64,000 bases of DNA from Gaiellaceae bacterium (GTDB taxonomy: Bacteria; Actinomycetota; Thermoleophilia; Gaiellales; Gaiellaceae), in NCBI GenBank assembly GCA_035554095.1, contig DATMIX010000043.1, positions 303-64,302 on the forward strand, given 5' to 3'. Made by a program: the position numbers and the translations under genes. Of the stretch, positions 1 through 8,925 are shown piece after piece. Each line of letters opens with the position of its first letter. Position 1 is the first letter of the stretch. The notes beneath the pieces were generated by a model, which was not told the origin of the DNA, made no database searches, and saw nothing but the letters and a program-made list of their open reading frames with translations.

Positions 1-1202
1 TCCTCTACCGGGGCCACAAGCTGTTCGCGATCGCCAACCACTTCAACTCCAAGGGCGGCGACGATCCGCTGATGGGCCGCTTCCAGCCGCCGACGCGGAG
101 CTCCGAGGTTCAGCGGCACCAGCAGGCCGACATCGTCGGCGGGTTCGTCTCGCAGATCACCGCGGCAGACCCGAGCGCGAACGTGATCGTCCTCGGAGAT
201 CTGAACGACTTCGAGTTCTCCGAGACGGCCGCGCGGCTCCGGGCCCACGGCCTCCACTACCTCGTCGAGTCACTGCCCCTGAACGAGCGCTACAGCTACG
301 AGTTCGAGGGGAATGCCCAGGGGCTCGATCACATTCTCGCGAGCGACAACCTCTTCCAGAACGCTCCGTTCGTCTACGACGCGGTGCACGTGAACGCGGA
401 GTTCGCCGATCAAGCGTCGGACCACGACCCCGAGGTCGTCCGCTTCACGCTGAACGCAGCTCCGTCAGTGTCCGCGGGCGGCCCGTACGCCGTCGACGAG
501 GGCTCGTCGCTGACGCTCACCGCGAGCGGCAGTGACCCCGAAGGCGGTTCCCTGAGCTACGCCTGGGATCTCGATGACAACGGCACCTTCGAGACTGCGG
601 GGCAGCTCGCCACGTTCGCGAGCGATGACGGGCCGGCGACTCGGACCGTGAAGGTCCGCGTCACGGACGATGTGGGCGTGTCGACGCTCGACTCGGCGAC
701 GATCACGGTTGCGAATGTCGCCCCGAGGGCGACGTTCGCAGCACCCGCGTCGACCTTCGCCGGATTCGCGTTCGCGCTGTCGCTGACGAGCCCGAGCGAT
801 CCCTCCCAGGCCGACACCGTGGCCGGGTTCGGCTACGCGTTCGATTGCGGCTCGGGCTATGGGGCATTCGGCTCCTCGCCCACGCGCACCTGCCCGACAA
901 CCGACGTCGGCACTCGCCAGGTCGGCGGCAGGATTCGCGACAAGGACGGCGGCATCAGCGAGTACCACGCGAGCGTGAACGTCGTCGTCACGTTCACCAG
1001 CCTGTGCCAGCTGACCCGCGCCTTCGCAACCGACCAGGACACGGCCACGGTGCTCTGCAAGAAGCTCGAGGCCGCCGCCGCCGATCCGAGCGCCCGTACA
1101 GACCTCCTGGCTGCCTACCGAAAGCAGGTCGATGCGAAAACAGGCAAGGTCTTCACCGCCGAGCAGGCGGCGATCTTGAAGCAGCTGTCGACACACCTCT
1201 AG
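1..1202 (+). CDS. Endonuclease/exonuclease/phosphatase (EEP) family protein, C-terminal part, followed by PKD-like repeats and a helical tail. The 5' end lies outside the window.
   Basis: Frame 3 is open from base 3 (LYRGHKLFAIANHFNSKGGDDP...). EEP C-terminal motifs are present (GDLNDFEF, LDHIL, SDHDP). A PKD-type repeat follows (SGSDPEGGSLSYAWDLDDNGTFE; RVTDDVG). Stop at 1200-1202. Confidence 0.7.
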   Translation, partial: LYRGHKLFAIANHFNSKGGDDPLMGRFQPPTRSSEVQRHQQADIVGGFVSQITAADPSANVIVLGDLNDFEFSETAARLRAHGLHYLVESLPLNERYSYEFEGNAQGLDHILASDNLFQNAPFVYDAVHVNAEFADQASDHDPEVVRFTLNAAPSVSAGGPYAVDEGSSLTLTASGSDPEGGSLSYAWDLDDNGTFETAGQLATFASDDGPATRTVKVRVTDDVGVSTLDSATITVANVAPRATFAAPASTFAGFAFALSLTSPSDPSQADTVAGFGYAFDCGSGYGAFGSSPTRTCPTTDVGTRQVGGRIRDKDGGISEYHASVNVVVTFTSLCQLTRAFATDQDTATVLCKKLEAAAADPSARTDLLAAYRKQVDAKTGKVFTAEQAAILKQLSTHL

Positions 1203-1299
1203 GCGTCGGCCATTCGAGGACGGTCCGGGCCGGCTCGACCGGTCCGGGCCAATGACAAGGCTGCTCGACCGGCCGGCGCGGGAGCTCGAGCGCTGAAGG

Positions 1300-2913
1300 C
1301 TAGGCGGCGCGGTCCGGCTGCACCGGCTCGGCTTCGGCGACCGGCGCCGGCTCGACGGCCTGGCCGTTGCCCTCGGTGGCGTTCCGCGCGACCTCGATGG
1401 CGCGGCTCTCCCGGATGACGGTCACCTTGATCTGGCCCGGATACTCGAGCTGGTCCTCGATCTCGCGCGCGATCTCGTGCGAGAGCAGTACGGCCTGGTC
1501 GTCGTCGACCTCCGTCGGCTTCACGATCACGCGGATCTCGCGGCCGGCCTGAAGGGCGTAGACCTTCTCGACGCCGCGGTGGTGCGCGGCGAGCTCCTCG
1601 AGCTCCTCGAGCCGCTTGATGTAGTGCTCCAGGCTCTCGCCGCGTGCGCCGGGCCTGGAGGCCGAGACGGCATCGGCCGCGATCAGGAGCACCGCCTCGA
1701 CGGTTTGCGGCTGGACCTCGTAATGGTGTGCCTCGATCGCGTGGATGACCGCGTCGCTCTCGCCGTAGCGGCGCGCGAACTGGGCGGAGATCGCGGCATG
1801 CGAGCCTTCGATCTCGTGCGTGAGCGCCTTCCCGAGGTCGTGCAGGAGCGCCGCGCGTCTCGCGGTCTTGACGCTCGCGTCGAGCTCCGAAGCCATGATT
1901 CCCGCGAGGTGGACGACCTCGAGCGTGTGCTTGAGGACGTTCTGGCCGTAGCTGGTGCGGAAGCGAAGACGGCCGAGAATCTTGACGAGCTCCTCGTGGA
2001 ACGAGCCGCAGTTCGCCTCGAACACGGCCTGCTCGCCGGCGTGGACGATGTGCTCTTCGATCTCGGCCTTCGACTGGTAGTACATCTCTTCGATCCGAGC
2101 CGGGTGGATGCGCCCGTCCTCGATCAGCTTCGCGAGCGTGAGCTTCGCGATCTCTCGGCGGATGCCGTCGAAGGAGGAGAGCACGACCGCCTGCGGCGTG
2201 TCGTCGATGATGAAGTCGACGCCCGTCAGGTGCTCGAGTGCCCGGATGTTGCGGCCCTCGCGGCCGATGATCCGGCCCTTCATGTCGTCGGAGGGCAGCT
2301 CGACGAGTGAGACGGTCGTCTCGGACGCGTGGTTCGCCGCCACGCGCTGCAACGCGTCTGCGACCAGGTTCCTGGCCCGTCGCTTGGCCTCGGTCTGCGC
2401 CTCCTCCTCCATCTGCCGCACACGCCTCGCCAGCTCGTGCCGGATCAGCTCTTCGGAGCGGCTGAGAAGGTGCGCCTTGGCCTCGTTGGTGGTCATGCCG
2501 GAGATCCGCTCGAGCTCCTTGAGCTCGGCCTCCTTGGCGCCCTTCAGCTCTTCCTGCAGCTGCTTGGAGTGCGTCTCGCGGTCGAACACGCCCTGCTCGC
2601 GGCGCGTCAGCTCCGTCAGCTTCCGGTCGATCTCGTCCTCCTTGGTGAGGACGCGCTCTTCGATCTTGATGATCTCGGCACGACGCTCGGCCACCTCGGT
2701 CTCGACCTCGGAGCGCAGCTTCACGGACTGCTCACGCGCCTCGATCTGCGCCTCCCGCCGCATCGCCTCCGCTTCGCGGTGGGCCTCGGTCAGCAGAAGC
2801 TGCCGGGTGCGGCGCGCGGCCGCGAGCCGTGATCCCGTCAGCGCGTAGAGCGCAACGAAGGCAAGCGCCGCTCCTGCGGCGAGGCCGATCAGGATTCCAA
2901 TGACGACGAACAT
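1300..2913 (-). CDS. rny: Ribonuclease Y
   Basis: 537 aa with an N-terminal TM helix, a long charged coiled coil, a KH domain (GRIIGREGRNIRALE) and an HD domain (LLHDLGKA...HH). ATG at 2913 is preceded by AGGAG. Confidence 0.9.
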   Translation of the reverse strand: MFVVIGILIGLAAGAALAFVALYALTGSRLAAARRTRQLLLTEAHREAEAMRREAQIEAREQSVKLRSEVETEVAERRAEIIKIEERVLTKEDEIDRKLTELTRREQGVFDRETHSKQLQEELKGAKEAELKELERISGMTTNEAKAHLLSRSEELIRHELARRVRQMEEEAQTEAKRRARNLVADALQRVAANHASETTVSLVELPSDDMKGRIIGREGRNIRALEHLTGVDFIIDDTPQAVVLSSFDGIRREIAKLTLAKLIEDGRIHPARIEEMYYQSKAEIEEHIVHAGEQAVFEANCGSFHEELVKILGRLRFRTSYGQNVLKHTLEVVHLAGIMASELDASVKTARRAALLHDLGKALTHEIEGSHAAISAQFARRYGESDAVIHAIEAHHYEVQPQTVEAVLLIAADAVSASRPGARGESLEHYIKRLEELEELAAHHRGVEKVYALQAGREIRVIVKPTEVDDDQAVLLSHEIAREIEDQLEYPGQIKVTVIRESRAIEVARNATEGNGQAVEPAPVAEAEPVQPDRAA

Positions 2914-3101
2914 GGGCGCTCCTGGAGTGCGCCCACATCAGGCATGCCTCGAATCGGGTGCCTCGTAGGCCCGCGCACGGGCCTCTGGCCGCTACCTCAG
3001 CGCTGCTGCGGCCTCCTGGATGCGTGCTCGATCGGGGACGGAGTCATGTTCAAGAGCCGATTTCGAAACTGTCAGATGCAGGCAAATTGTGAGTTGAGCT
3101 T

Positions 3102-3704
3102 TCAACATCCTAACTCCGTCCCGTCACTCTCCGCAATTCCGGGCATCGCCCGCTCGATCGAGTCGAGCGAAAAACCGCGACGGGCAAGCCAGCGCGCGGT
3201 CCTGATTCCACTCCCGCGCCGTAAGGCGAGGGCCACGGCGCGCTCGTCCTCGGGCGGCAGCCGGCAGACCGCCTCCGAGATGAGCTCCGCGGAAAGTCCC
3301 TCCCGCTCCAGCTCGAACCGGATCGCGGAGTCTCCGAAGCCGCGTTCGGCGAGCGCGGAGGCACGGCCGCGCGCGAAGCGCCCGTCGTCGACAGCCCCGG
3401 CCCGGCGCAACGTCCCCACGGCGTCGTCCGCCTCGCGGCCGGCGACGCCTTTCCCTTCGAGGATCCGGCGGACGCCGAGCTCAGAGCGGTCGCGGCGGCT
3501 CAGCGAGCGCGCCGCCGTGTCGACAGCCGCGGAGGCCCGCAGCTCGCGGCGGAGACGCCTCAGGCGTGCGCGGTCGAGCTCGAGCCCGACCGACAGCTCC
3601 GCGCGCGCGGCTACGTCGAGCGGAACCGTCCGCCAGCTCGAGCCGTCGAGCTCAACGCGCACGCGCCCCGGCCGCGCGGGCCGGAGGGCGGTCACTCTCG
3701 GCAT
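3102..3704 (-). CDS. recX: Recombination regulator RecX
   Basis: RecX-like repeats (V.VELDG..W.TV; RRDRSE.E...RL..KG; ..RG.S...I..EL...G). The position immediately 3' of recA is typical. The start is uncertain (ATG 3704, GTG 3695 or GTG 3668), and all candidates overlap the recA 3' end. Confidence 0.75.
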   Translation of the reverse strand: MPRVTALRPARPGRVRVELDGSSWRTVPLDVAARAELSVGLELDRARLRRLRRELRASAAVDTAARSLSRRDRSELGVRRILEGKGVAGREADDAVGTLRRAGAVDDGRFARGRASALAERGFGDSAIRFELEREGLSAELISEAVCRLPPEDERAVALALRRGSGIRTARWLARRGFSLDSIERAMPGIAESDGTELGC

Positions 3705-4770
3705 CCGCCGGAGCCTCCTCGTCGGTCGGCGCCTCGTCCCGCGCATCGACCGCCGTCGGCAGCAGCCGTGCCGACACGACTTGTTCGGGCCCGGCGTCAG
3801 CCTGGATCTTCGCGAGGATCTGCTGGGTGACGTCCGGGTGCTCGCGGAGGAACGCCGTTGCGTTCTGCCGTCCCTGGCCGAGCCGCTCGTCGCCGAAGCT
3901 GAAGTACGAGCCGGACTTCGTGACGATCTTCCGCTCGAGGCCGGAGTCGAGCACCGTGCCCTCCCAGCTGATGCCCGAGCCGTAGATGATGTCGAACTCG
4001 GCCTGCTTGAACGGCGGCGCGACCTTGTTCTTGACGACCTTCACGCGCACACGGTTGCCGATCGCCTCCACGCCCTCCTTCAGCGTCTCGATCCTGCGGA
4101 TGTCGAGCCGGACCGACGAGTAGAACTTCAGCGCCCGGCCGCCCGGCGTCGTCTCCGGGTTCCCGAACATGACGCCGATCTTCTCGCGCAGCTGGTTCGT
4201 GAAGATGCAGATGGTGTCGGTGCGGTTGAGCGTGCCGGCGAGCTTGCGGAGCGCCTGGCTCATCAGGCGCGCCTGGAGGCCGACGTGGCTGTCCCCCATC
4301 TCGCCCTCGATCTCGGCCTTCGGCGTCAGCGCCGCGACCGAGTCGACCGCGACGATGTCCAGGGCTCCCGAGCGGATCAGCAGCTCGGCGATCTCGAGCG
4401 CCTGCTCGCCCGTGTCCGGCTGGGAGACCAGCAGGTCGTCGATGTTGACGCCGATCCGTTTCGCGTAGGTGGGATCCATCGCGTGCTCGGCGTCGATGAA
4501 GGCGCAGATGCCGCCGCGGCGCTGGGCCTCGGCGATCACGTGGTAGACGAGCGTCGTCTTTCCGGAGGATTCCGGTCCGAAGATCTCGACGATCCGGCCC
4601 CGCGGCAGGCCGCCGATCCCGAGTGCCAGGTCGAGGGCGAGTGAGCCGGACGAGATCGCGCCCACGGAGACAGCCGCGGCGTCGTTCATCTTCATCACGG
4701 CGCCCTTGCCGAATGCGCGCTCGATCTGGCCGAGCGCGGTGTCGAGTGCTTGCTCGCGATCCACATCCAT
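3652..4770 (-). CDS. recA: Recombinase RecA
   Basis: Canonical RecA sequence ([19 protein letters not shown], Walker [40 protein letters not shown]). ATG at 4770 overlaps the thpR stop by 1 nt. The ORF-track extension to 4938 is rejected. Confidence 0.97.
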   Translation of the reverse strand: MDVDREQALDTALGQIERAFGKGAVMKMNDAAAVSVGAISSGSLALDLALGIGGLPRGRIVEIFGPESSGKTTLVYHVIAEAQRRGGICAFIDAEHAMDPTYAKRIGVNIDDLLVSQPDTGEQALEIAELLIRSGALDIVAVDSVAALTPKAEIEGEMGDSHVGLQARLMSQALRKLAGTLNRTDTICIFTNQLREKIGVMFGNPETTPGGRALKFYSSVRLDIRRIETLKEGVEAIGNRVRVKVVKNKVAPPFKQAEFDIIYGSGISWEGTVLDSGLERKIVTKSGSYFSFGDERLGQGRQNATAFLREHPDVTQQILAKIQADAGPEQVVSARLLPTAVDARDEAPTDEEAPADAESDRPPARAAGARAR

Positions 4771-5327
4771 CACCCTCCCACCGCAACCGATTGCAGGACT
4801 TCGTACTGCGCCCCTGACGGCCGCAGGACGGACATATAAACAGCAGCTTCGGACGTCACGATCGCGCCCAGCTCCGGAATCGGGGGCCGGAGGCGCGGGC
4901 GCCCGCGAAAGCGGACGACCGTGATGTGCGGCAGCCACGGCCTGCGCTCGCGCTCGTAGACGCCGAGCCGCTCGAGCCGGTCGTGAAGGTCGCCCGCCAG
5001 CTCGGCCGCCCGGTCGTCCTCGTCGTCGCAGACGAGCATGCCGACGCTCCTCGTCTCGCGATAGCGTCGGGGAGTGAGCGCCGGAGGTTCGGCGCCGGCG
5101 ACGGCCCGCCGCAGCTCAGCGCCGATCGCGTCGAGCTCGGACGCCGGCCGCCGTCCCAGAAACGCGAGGGTGACGTGGAGATGCCCGGGCCCGAGCACCC
5201 GGACGTCGGCTCTCGCGAACGCCTCGGCCTGCCACGACACGAGCCGATCGACGGCGTCGTCCGGCAGGCGCAGGGCGCAGAAGAGACGAAGGTGCTCACC
5301 GGCCCCGACGCTACCAGCCGGAGTCAA
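4770..5327 (-). CDS. thpR: RNA 2',3'-cyclic phosphodiesterase (2H / LigT family)
   Basis: Two H-x-T-x motifs are present (HVTLAFLG and HITVVRF). The N-terminus is RLFCALRLP. The TTG start at 5327 forms a TTGA overlap with the cinA stop. Confidence 0.8.
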   Translation of the reverse strand: MTPAGSVGAGEHLRLFCALRLPDDAVDRLVSWQAEAFARADVRVLGPGHLHVTLAFLGRRPASELDAIGAELRRAVAGAEPPALTPRRYRETRSVGMLVCDDEDDRAAELAGDLHDRLERLGVYERERRPWLPHITVVRFRGRPRLRPPIPELGAIVTSEAAVYMSVLRPSGAQYEVLQSVAVGG

Positions 5328-6604
5328 ACGGAGCCGTTACCGGTCTGCGACAGAAGACGCCTGGCGAGATGCAGCGCCGCAGCTGTCGCGCGAGCCCGAA
5401 TCGCCTCGCGGTCGCCGGGCAAGTCGAGGCGGCGGGCGAGCTCGCCGTCCGGCCCCGACACATGGACGAAGACGAGCCCGACCGGCTTGTCGGGCGTCCC
5501 GCCGCCGGGGCCGGCGATTCCTGTCACCGCGATGCCGACATCGGCTGCCAGGCGCCCCCTCACCCCGACGGCCATCGCTTCGGCAGCCTCTGCGGACACC
5601 GCTCCGTGACGGGTGAGAACCTCGGCCGGAACAGCGAGCTCCTCGGCCTTGACGTCGTTGGCATAGGCGACCACGGCGCCTCGGAAGACGTCGCTCGACC
5701 CCGGGACGGCGGTCAGCCGCGCCGCGACGAGCCCGCCGGTGCAGGACTCGGCGGTCGCCAGCGTCGAGCCGCTGCCGCGACAGAGCTCGAGCAGGATCTC
5801 GGCCACCGGGCGCTCGTCCTCCGCGAAGAGGTGCGAGGCCAGCCGGTCCCGCAGCGCGGTTGAGATGCGCTCGGCTCGCGCGTGTCCTCCCGGGCCGACC
5901 ACGAGGTCGACGTGGATCTCGAACTCACGCGCGCAGACGGTCGCCTCGACACCCTCGCCGTCGCCGCCGGCGTCCTCCAGCGCCCGGGCGACCTCCGACT
6001 CGCTCGCCCCGTAGAAGCGGAGCGTGCGCCGCCGCGGCGGCTCCGTGCGCGAGAGCACGCGCCGGACCGGCTCCGAGTCGAGAGCCGCCCGCCAGAGACG
6101 CCGGAGCTCGGGCGGTGGCCCGGGCAGGACGACGACCACTCGGTCGCCGTCCTCCAGCACGATCCCCGGCGCGGTGCCGGCAAGACCGAGAGAGACCCCG
6201 CCCTCCGGGAGGGACGCCTGCTTGCGAACGCCAGGGGCGAAGTCGGCATACGGCCGGTTCAACCGCTCCGCGATCGAGCGCGAGACGGCCTCGATCTCTC
6301 GCTCGAGGCCGGCGTCGACGGCGAGCGGACGTTCCGCAACGCGCGCGATCGTCTCGACCGTGCGATCGTCGTGCGTCGGCCCCAGCCCGCCCGAGACGAC
6401 GCAGAGCTCGGCCTCGAAGCCTTCGCGCAAGGCGCCCTCGAGGTCTCCCGGCGAGTCACCCACGATCAGGATTCGCGCAGGCTCGACGCCGAGCGTGAGG
6501 AGCTCCCGCGCGAGAAAGGGCCCGTTCAGGTCTTGCCGGTCGCCGCGGACGAGCTCGCTGCCGGTGACGACGACGACCGCGCGCGGCCGCCCTCCATCGG
6601 TCAA
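5324..6604 (-). CDS. cinA: CinA family protein (MoCF-like domain plus nicotinamide-nucleotide amidase PncC domain)
   Basis: AVVVVTGSELVRGDRQDLNGPFLAREL is the MoCF-type N-terminus. The C-terminus is ATAESCTGGLVAARLT...GAVVAY...GIAVTGIAGPGGG. The likely TTG start at 6604 overlaps the upstream stop. The ORF-track extension to 6988 is rejected. Confidence 0.85.
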   Translation of the reverse strand: MTDGGRPRAVVVVTGSELVRGDRQDLNGPFLARELLTLGVEPARILIVGDSPGDLEGALREGFEAELCVVSGGLGPTHDDRTVETIARVAERPLAVDAGLEREIEAVSRSIAERLNRPYADFAPGVRKQASLPEGGVSLGLAGTAPGIVLEDGDRVVVVLPGPPPELRRLWRAALDSEPVRRVLSRTEPPRRRTLRFYGASESEVARALEDAGGDGEGVEATVCAREFEIHVDLVVGPGGHARAERISTALRDRLASHLFAEDERPVAEILLELCRGSGSTLATAESCTGGLVAARLTAVPGSSDVFRGAVVAYANDVKAEELAVPAEVLTRHGAVSAEAAEAMAVGVRGRLAADVGIAVTGIAGPGGGTPDKPVGLVFVHVSGPDGELARRLDLPGDREAIRARATAAALHLARRLLSQTGNGSV

Positions 6605-7356
6605 GTCTGCGGCGGGGCCTTCTTGATCGCCTTCGGCGTGACGATCAACTGCTCGGCCTTCCCGTTGCCCGGAATCAACCGGACGCGGCCGTTCACCTTC
6701 GCGACGAGATTGGCGGGCTTGCCCGCGGCGATCCAGAGCCGCCGGTAGAGGAACGGCTTGTGGGTGAAGGGAAGCTGCTGGCCCTGCTGGAGCGTGCCCG
6801 TGTAGAGCGTCCGCCCCCCGGCCGAGTTCCCCCGAACCTGCAGCCAGCAGTCGCCGTTCGCGGCGGTCAGGACGAGCTTGGCCATCTGCGGGTGGGGTCG
6901 GGCTGCCGTCCGCTGCTTCTTCGCGCTCGTTGCGCCGGGGGCATTGACGCCCTGGACCTTCGGGTTGCTGGTCGAGCCGAACTTCCACGCGGCGATCACG
7001 AGCGCGAAGACGATCGCGATCGCTCCAAGCGCGACGAGGATCCCACGCGCCTCGAACCGGTGGCCCAGCTGGGGCGGCCGGCGCTGGTAGTCGCGCGGCC
7101 GCAGGGGCACGTCCTCCTCACCCGTGATGAAGCGGGAGTTGTACTCGTCGACGTAGAGCTGCCCTTCGAGCCCGAGGGCATCTGCGTAGTTGCGCAGAAA
7201 GCCCTTCACGTACGTCGGCGCGGGCAGGAGCTCGAACTTCTCGTCCTCGAGCGCCTTCAGATATTTCGAGCGAATCTTGGTCTGCTGCTCGATCTCAGGC
7301 AGCTCGAGCTGCTGACGCAGACGCGCCTCGCGCAGGCTGTTTCCGATCTCGAACAC
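6601..7356 (-). CDS. RodZ-like protein (HTH_25 domain, one TM helix, DUF4115-like C-terminus)
   Basis: The N-terminus is IGNSLREARLRQQLELPEIEQQTKIRSKYLKALEDEKFELLPAPTYVKGFLRNYA. A central TM segment is GILVALGAIAIVFALVIAAW. The C-terminal beta-rich domain contains W.QVR...G..LY.G.L. GTG start at 7356. Confidence 0.7.
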   Translation of the reverse strand: MFEIGNSLREARLRQQLELPEIEQQTKIRSKYLKALEDEKFELLPAPTYVKGFLRNYADALGLEGQLYVDEYNSRFITGEEDVPLRPRDYQRRPPQLGHRFEARGILVALGAIAIVFALVIAAWKFGSTSNPKVQGVNAPGATSAKKQRTAARPHPQMAKLVLTAANGDCWLQVRGNSAGGRTLYTGTLQQGQQLPFTHKPFLYRRLWIAAGKPANLVAKVNGRVRLIPGNGKAEQLIVTPKAIKKAPPQT

Positions 7357-7382
7357 GGCGGCGCTTCGATTCTATTGGCGAT

Positions 7383-7703
7383 TCATTCGAAGGCGAGCAG
7401 GAGGCCGAAAAAGCCCAGCGCAAGGGCAGCAGTGAGCCCTAGACAAAGGCCGAGGAACCCGAGCCACTTGCCTGCTCGGGCCGTTCCGTCGCCTGGACGC
7501 GCGAGCGTCCGCGCGGCCCGGGCGCGGGCGCCGCGGGCCAGCAGGATCGCGATCAGGCCCAGCAGCGTCCCGGCGATCGCCTCGGCCGCGACCGCCTGGG
7601 GAAGGTTGATGCGCTCCGACCTGGTTGAGACGAACGCGAGCGGCACCGCCGCGAGCGAGAGCAGCGCGAAGAGCACGGCAAAACGGGCCCGGTCGTTCCG
7701 CAC
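7383..7703 (-). CDS. Small hypothetical membrane protein (about 3 TM helices)
   Basis: Three hydrophobic segments and GC3-rich codons. The start is ambiguous: GTG 7703, or TTG 7739 which would overlap the permease gene. Confidence 0.4.
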   Translation of the reverse strand: MRNDRARFAVLFALLSLAAVPLAFVSTRSERINLPQAVAAEAIAGTLLGLIAILLARGARARAARTLARPGDGTARAGKWLGFLGLCLGLTAALALGFFGLLLAFE

Positions 7704-7713
7704 GCGCGTGGAA

Positions 7714-8925
7714 CTATTGCTTCCGGTACGGACGGCCAATCGCTGCCGGCGGGATCGAGCGGCCGATCACACCTGCCACGGCGATCAGGGTGATGGCATA
7801 CGGGAGGATGTTGAACAGGATCGCTGCCGACTGGGAGTAGGTCGGCAGGCGGTCGGAGAGCGCGCTCGCGAACCCGAACAGCAGGCAGCCGGCGAGCGCG
7901 CCGAACGGCCGCCAGCGGCCGAAGATCAGCGCGGCCAGCGCGATGAAGCCGCGGCCGGCGGTCATGTTTTCGCTGAACGAGTGGTTGAAGCCGATCGACA
8001 GGTAGGCCCCTCCCATCGCCGCGAGAATTCCCGACACGATCACTGCCGCGTAGCGAACGAGGTAGACCGAGATCCCGACCGTGTCGGCCGCACGCGGATG
8101 CTCTCCGACCGAGCGGATGCGGAGACCGACAGGCGTCTTGAACATGACGACCCAGGAAAGGACGACGGCGAGAATCGAGAGCCAGATCATCAGGTTCTGG
8201 TCGCCGAACCATTCGCCGAAGAAGTTGCTGCCGAGGTGCAGGTTCACGTCCGGGATCGCCGGGAGCTTGTCCTCGGGCGGCGTACCCTCGTCGCCGTAGA
8301 TCTCGACGAAGAAGTAGCCGGTGACCCCGAGGGCGAGGAAGTTGATCGCCGTCCCGCTCACGATCTGGTCGGCGCGAAGCGTGATCGAGACGAAGGCGTG
8401 GATCAGCGCGGTCAAGCCTCCGGCCGCCATCGCGATCAGGACGCCGCCCACCCAGGAATTCGTCTTGTCCGCACCCCAGATGCCGAAGAAGGCGCCCATC
8501 AGCATCATCCCTTCTAGGCCGATGTTCACGACGCCGCTCCGCTCCGAGAACATGCCGCCGATCGCCGCGAAGGTCAGCGGAGTCGCGTAGCGCAGCATCG
8601 CGGCGAGCAAAGCCGACCAGACCACGACCTCCTCGAGGTGGCCGACGCTCGAGCGCGTCGCCAGGATCCCGAGCGCGGTCCCGACAATCCCCGACGCGAC
8701 GCCGCCCCACCCCAGCCGGCGCCTGCCCCGGGCGACCACCCAGCCGCCGAGTGAGACCGCGACCGCGCCGGCGACCACCGGCCAGACGATCGTCCGCGCG
8801 GTTATCGGCGGCAGCGCCACGAAAAAGGCGAACAGACCGCTCAAGATCGCAGCGACTCCGATTACCTTGTCGAAGTCGACGCGTTCGAGCGAGAACCGCT
8901 CGGCCGTTGCGACGCGGGTGGCCAT
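7714..8925 (-). CDS. ABC transporter permease (BMP/nucleoside type, NupQ/YufQ-like)
   Basis: Polytopic membrane protein MATRVATAERF... The ATG at 8925 shares 1 nt with the upstream permease stop. It belongs to the SBP-ATPase-permease-permease cassette. The ORF-track extension to 9810 is rejected. Confidence 0.85.
   Translation of the reverse strand: MATRVATAERFSLERVDFDKVIGVAAILSGLFAFFVALPPITARTIVWPVVAGAVAVSLGGWVVARGRRRLGWGGVASGIVGTALGILATRSSVGHLEEVVVWSALLAAMLRYATPLTFAAIGGMFSERSGVVNIGLEGMMLMGAFFGIWGADKTNSWVGGVLIAMAAGGLTALIHAFVSITLRADQIVSGTAINFLALGVTGYFFVEIYGDEGTPPEDKLPAIPDVNLHLGSNFFGEWFGDQNLMIWLSILAVVLSWVVMFKTPVGLRIRSVGEHPRAADTVGISVYLVRYAAVIVSGILAAMGGAYLSIGFNHSFSENMTAGRGFIALAALIFGRWRPFGALAGCLLFGFASALSDRLPTYSQSAAILFNILPYAITLIAVAGVIGRSIPPAAIGRPYRKQ

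Noticed and set aside
3652-4938. N-terminal extensions suggested by the ORF track. These are recA to 4938, cinA to 6988, the permease to 9810, the FtsH partner to 23334, moxR to 50259, pyrC to 59740, pyrB to 60645, the aminopeptidase from 60474, the PilB-like gene from 41885 and dtd to 42189.
   Set aside because: The extra residues are Arg/Pro-rich and overlap the well-supported upstream gene. Conserved protein N-termini begin at internal ATG/GTG/TTG codons that sit at stop/start overlaps or after SD sequences.
4771-7382. A LexA/SOS box upstream of recA.
   Set aside because: I looked for GAAC-N4-GTTC and TCGAAC-N4-GTTCGA on both strands and saw none. The nearest look-alike (GAATCGccaataGAATCGAA at 7363-7382) is a direct repeat, not an inverted one.
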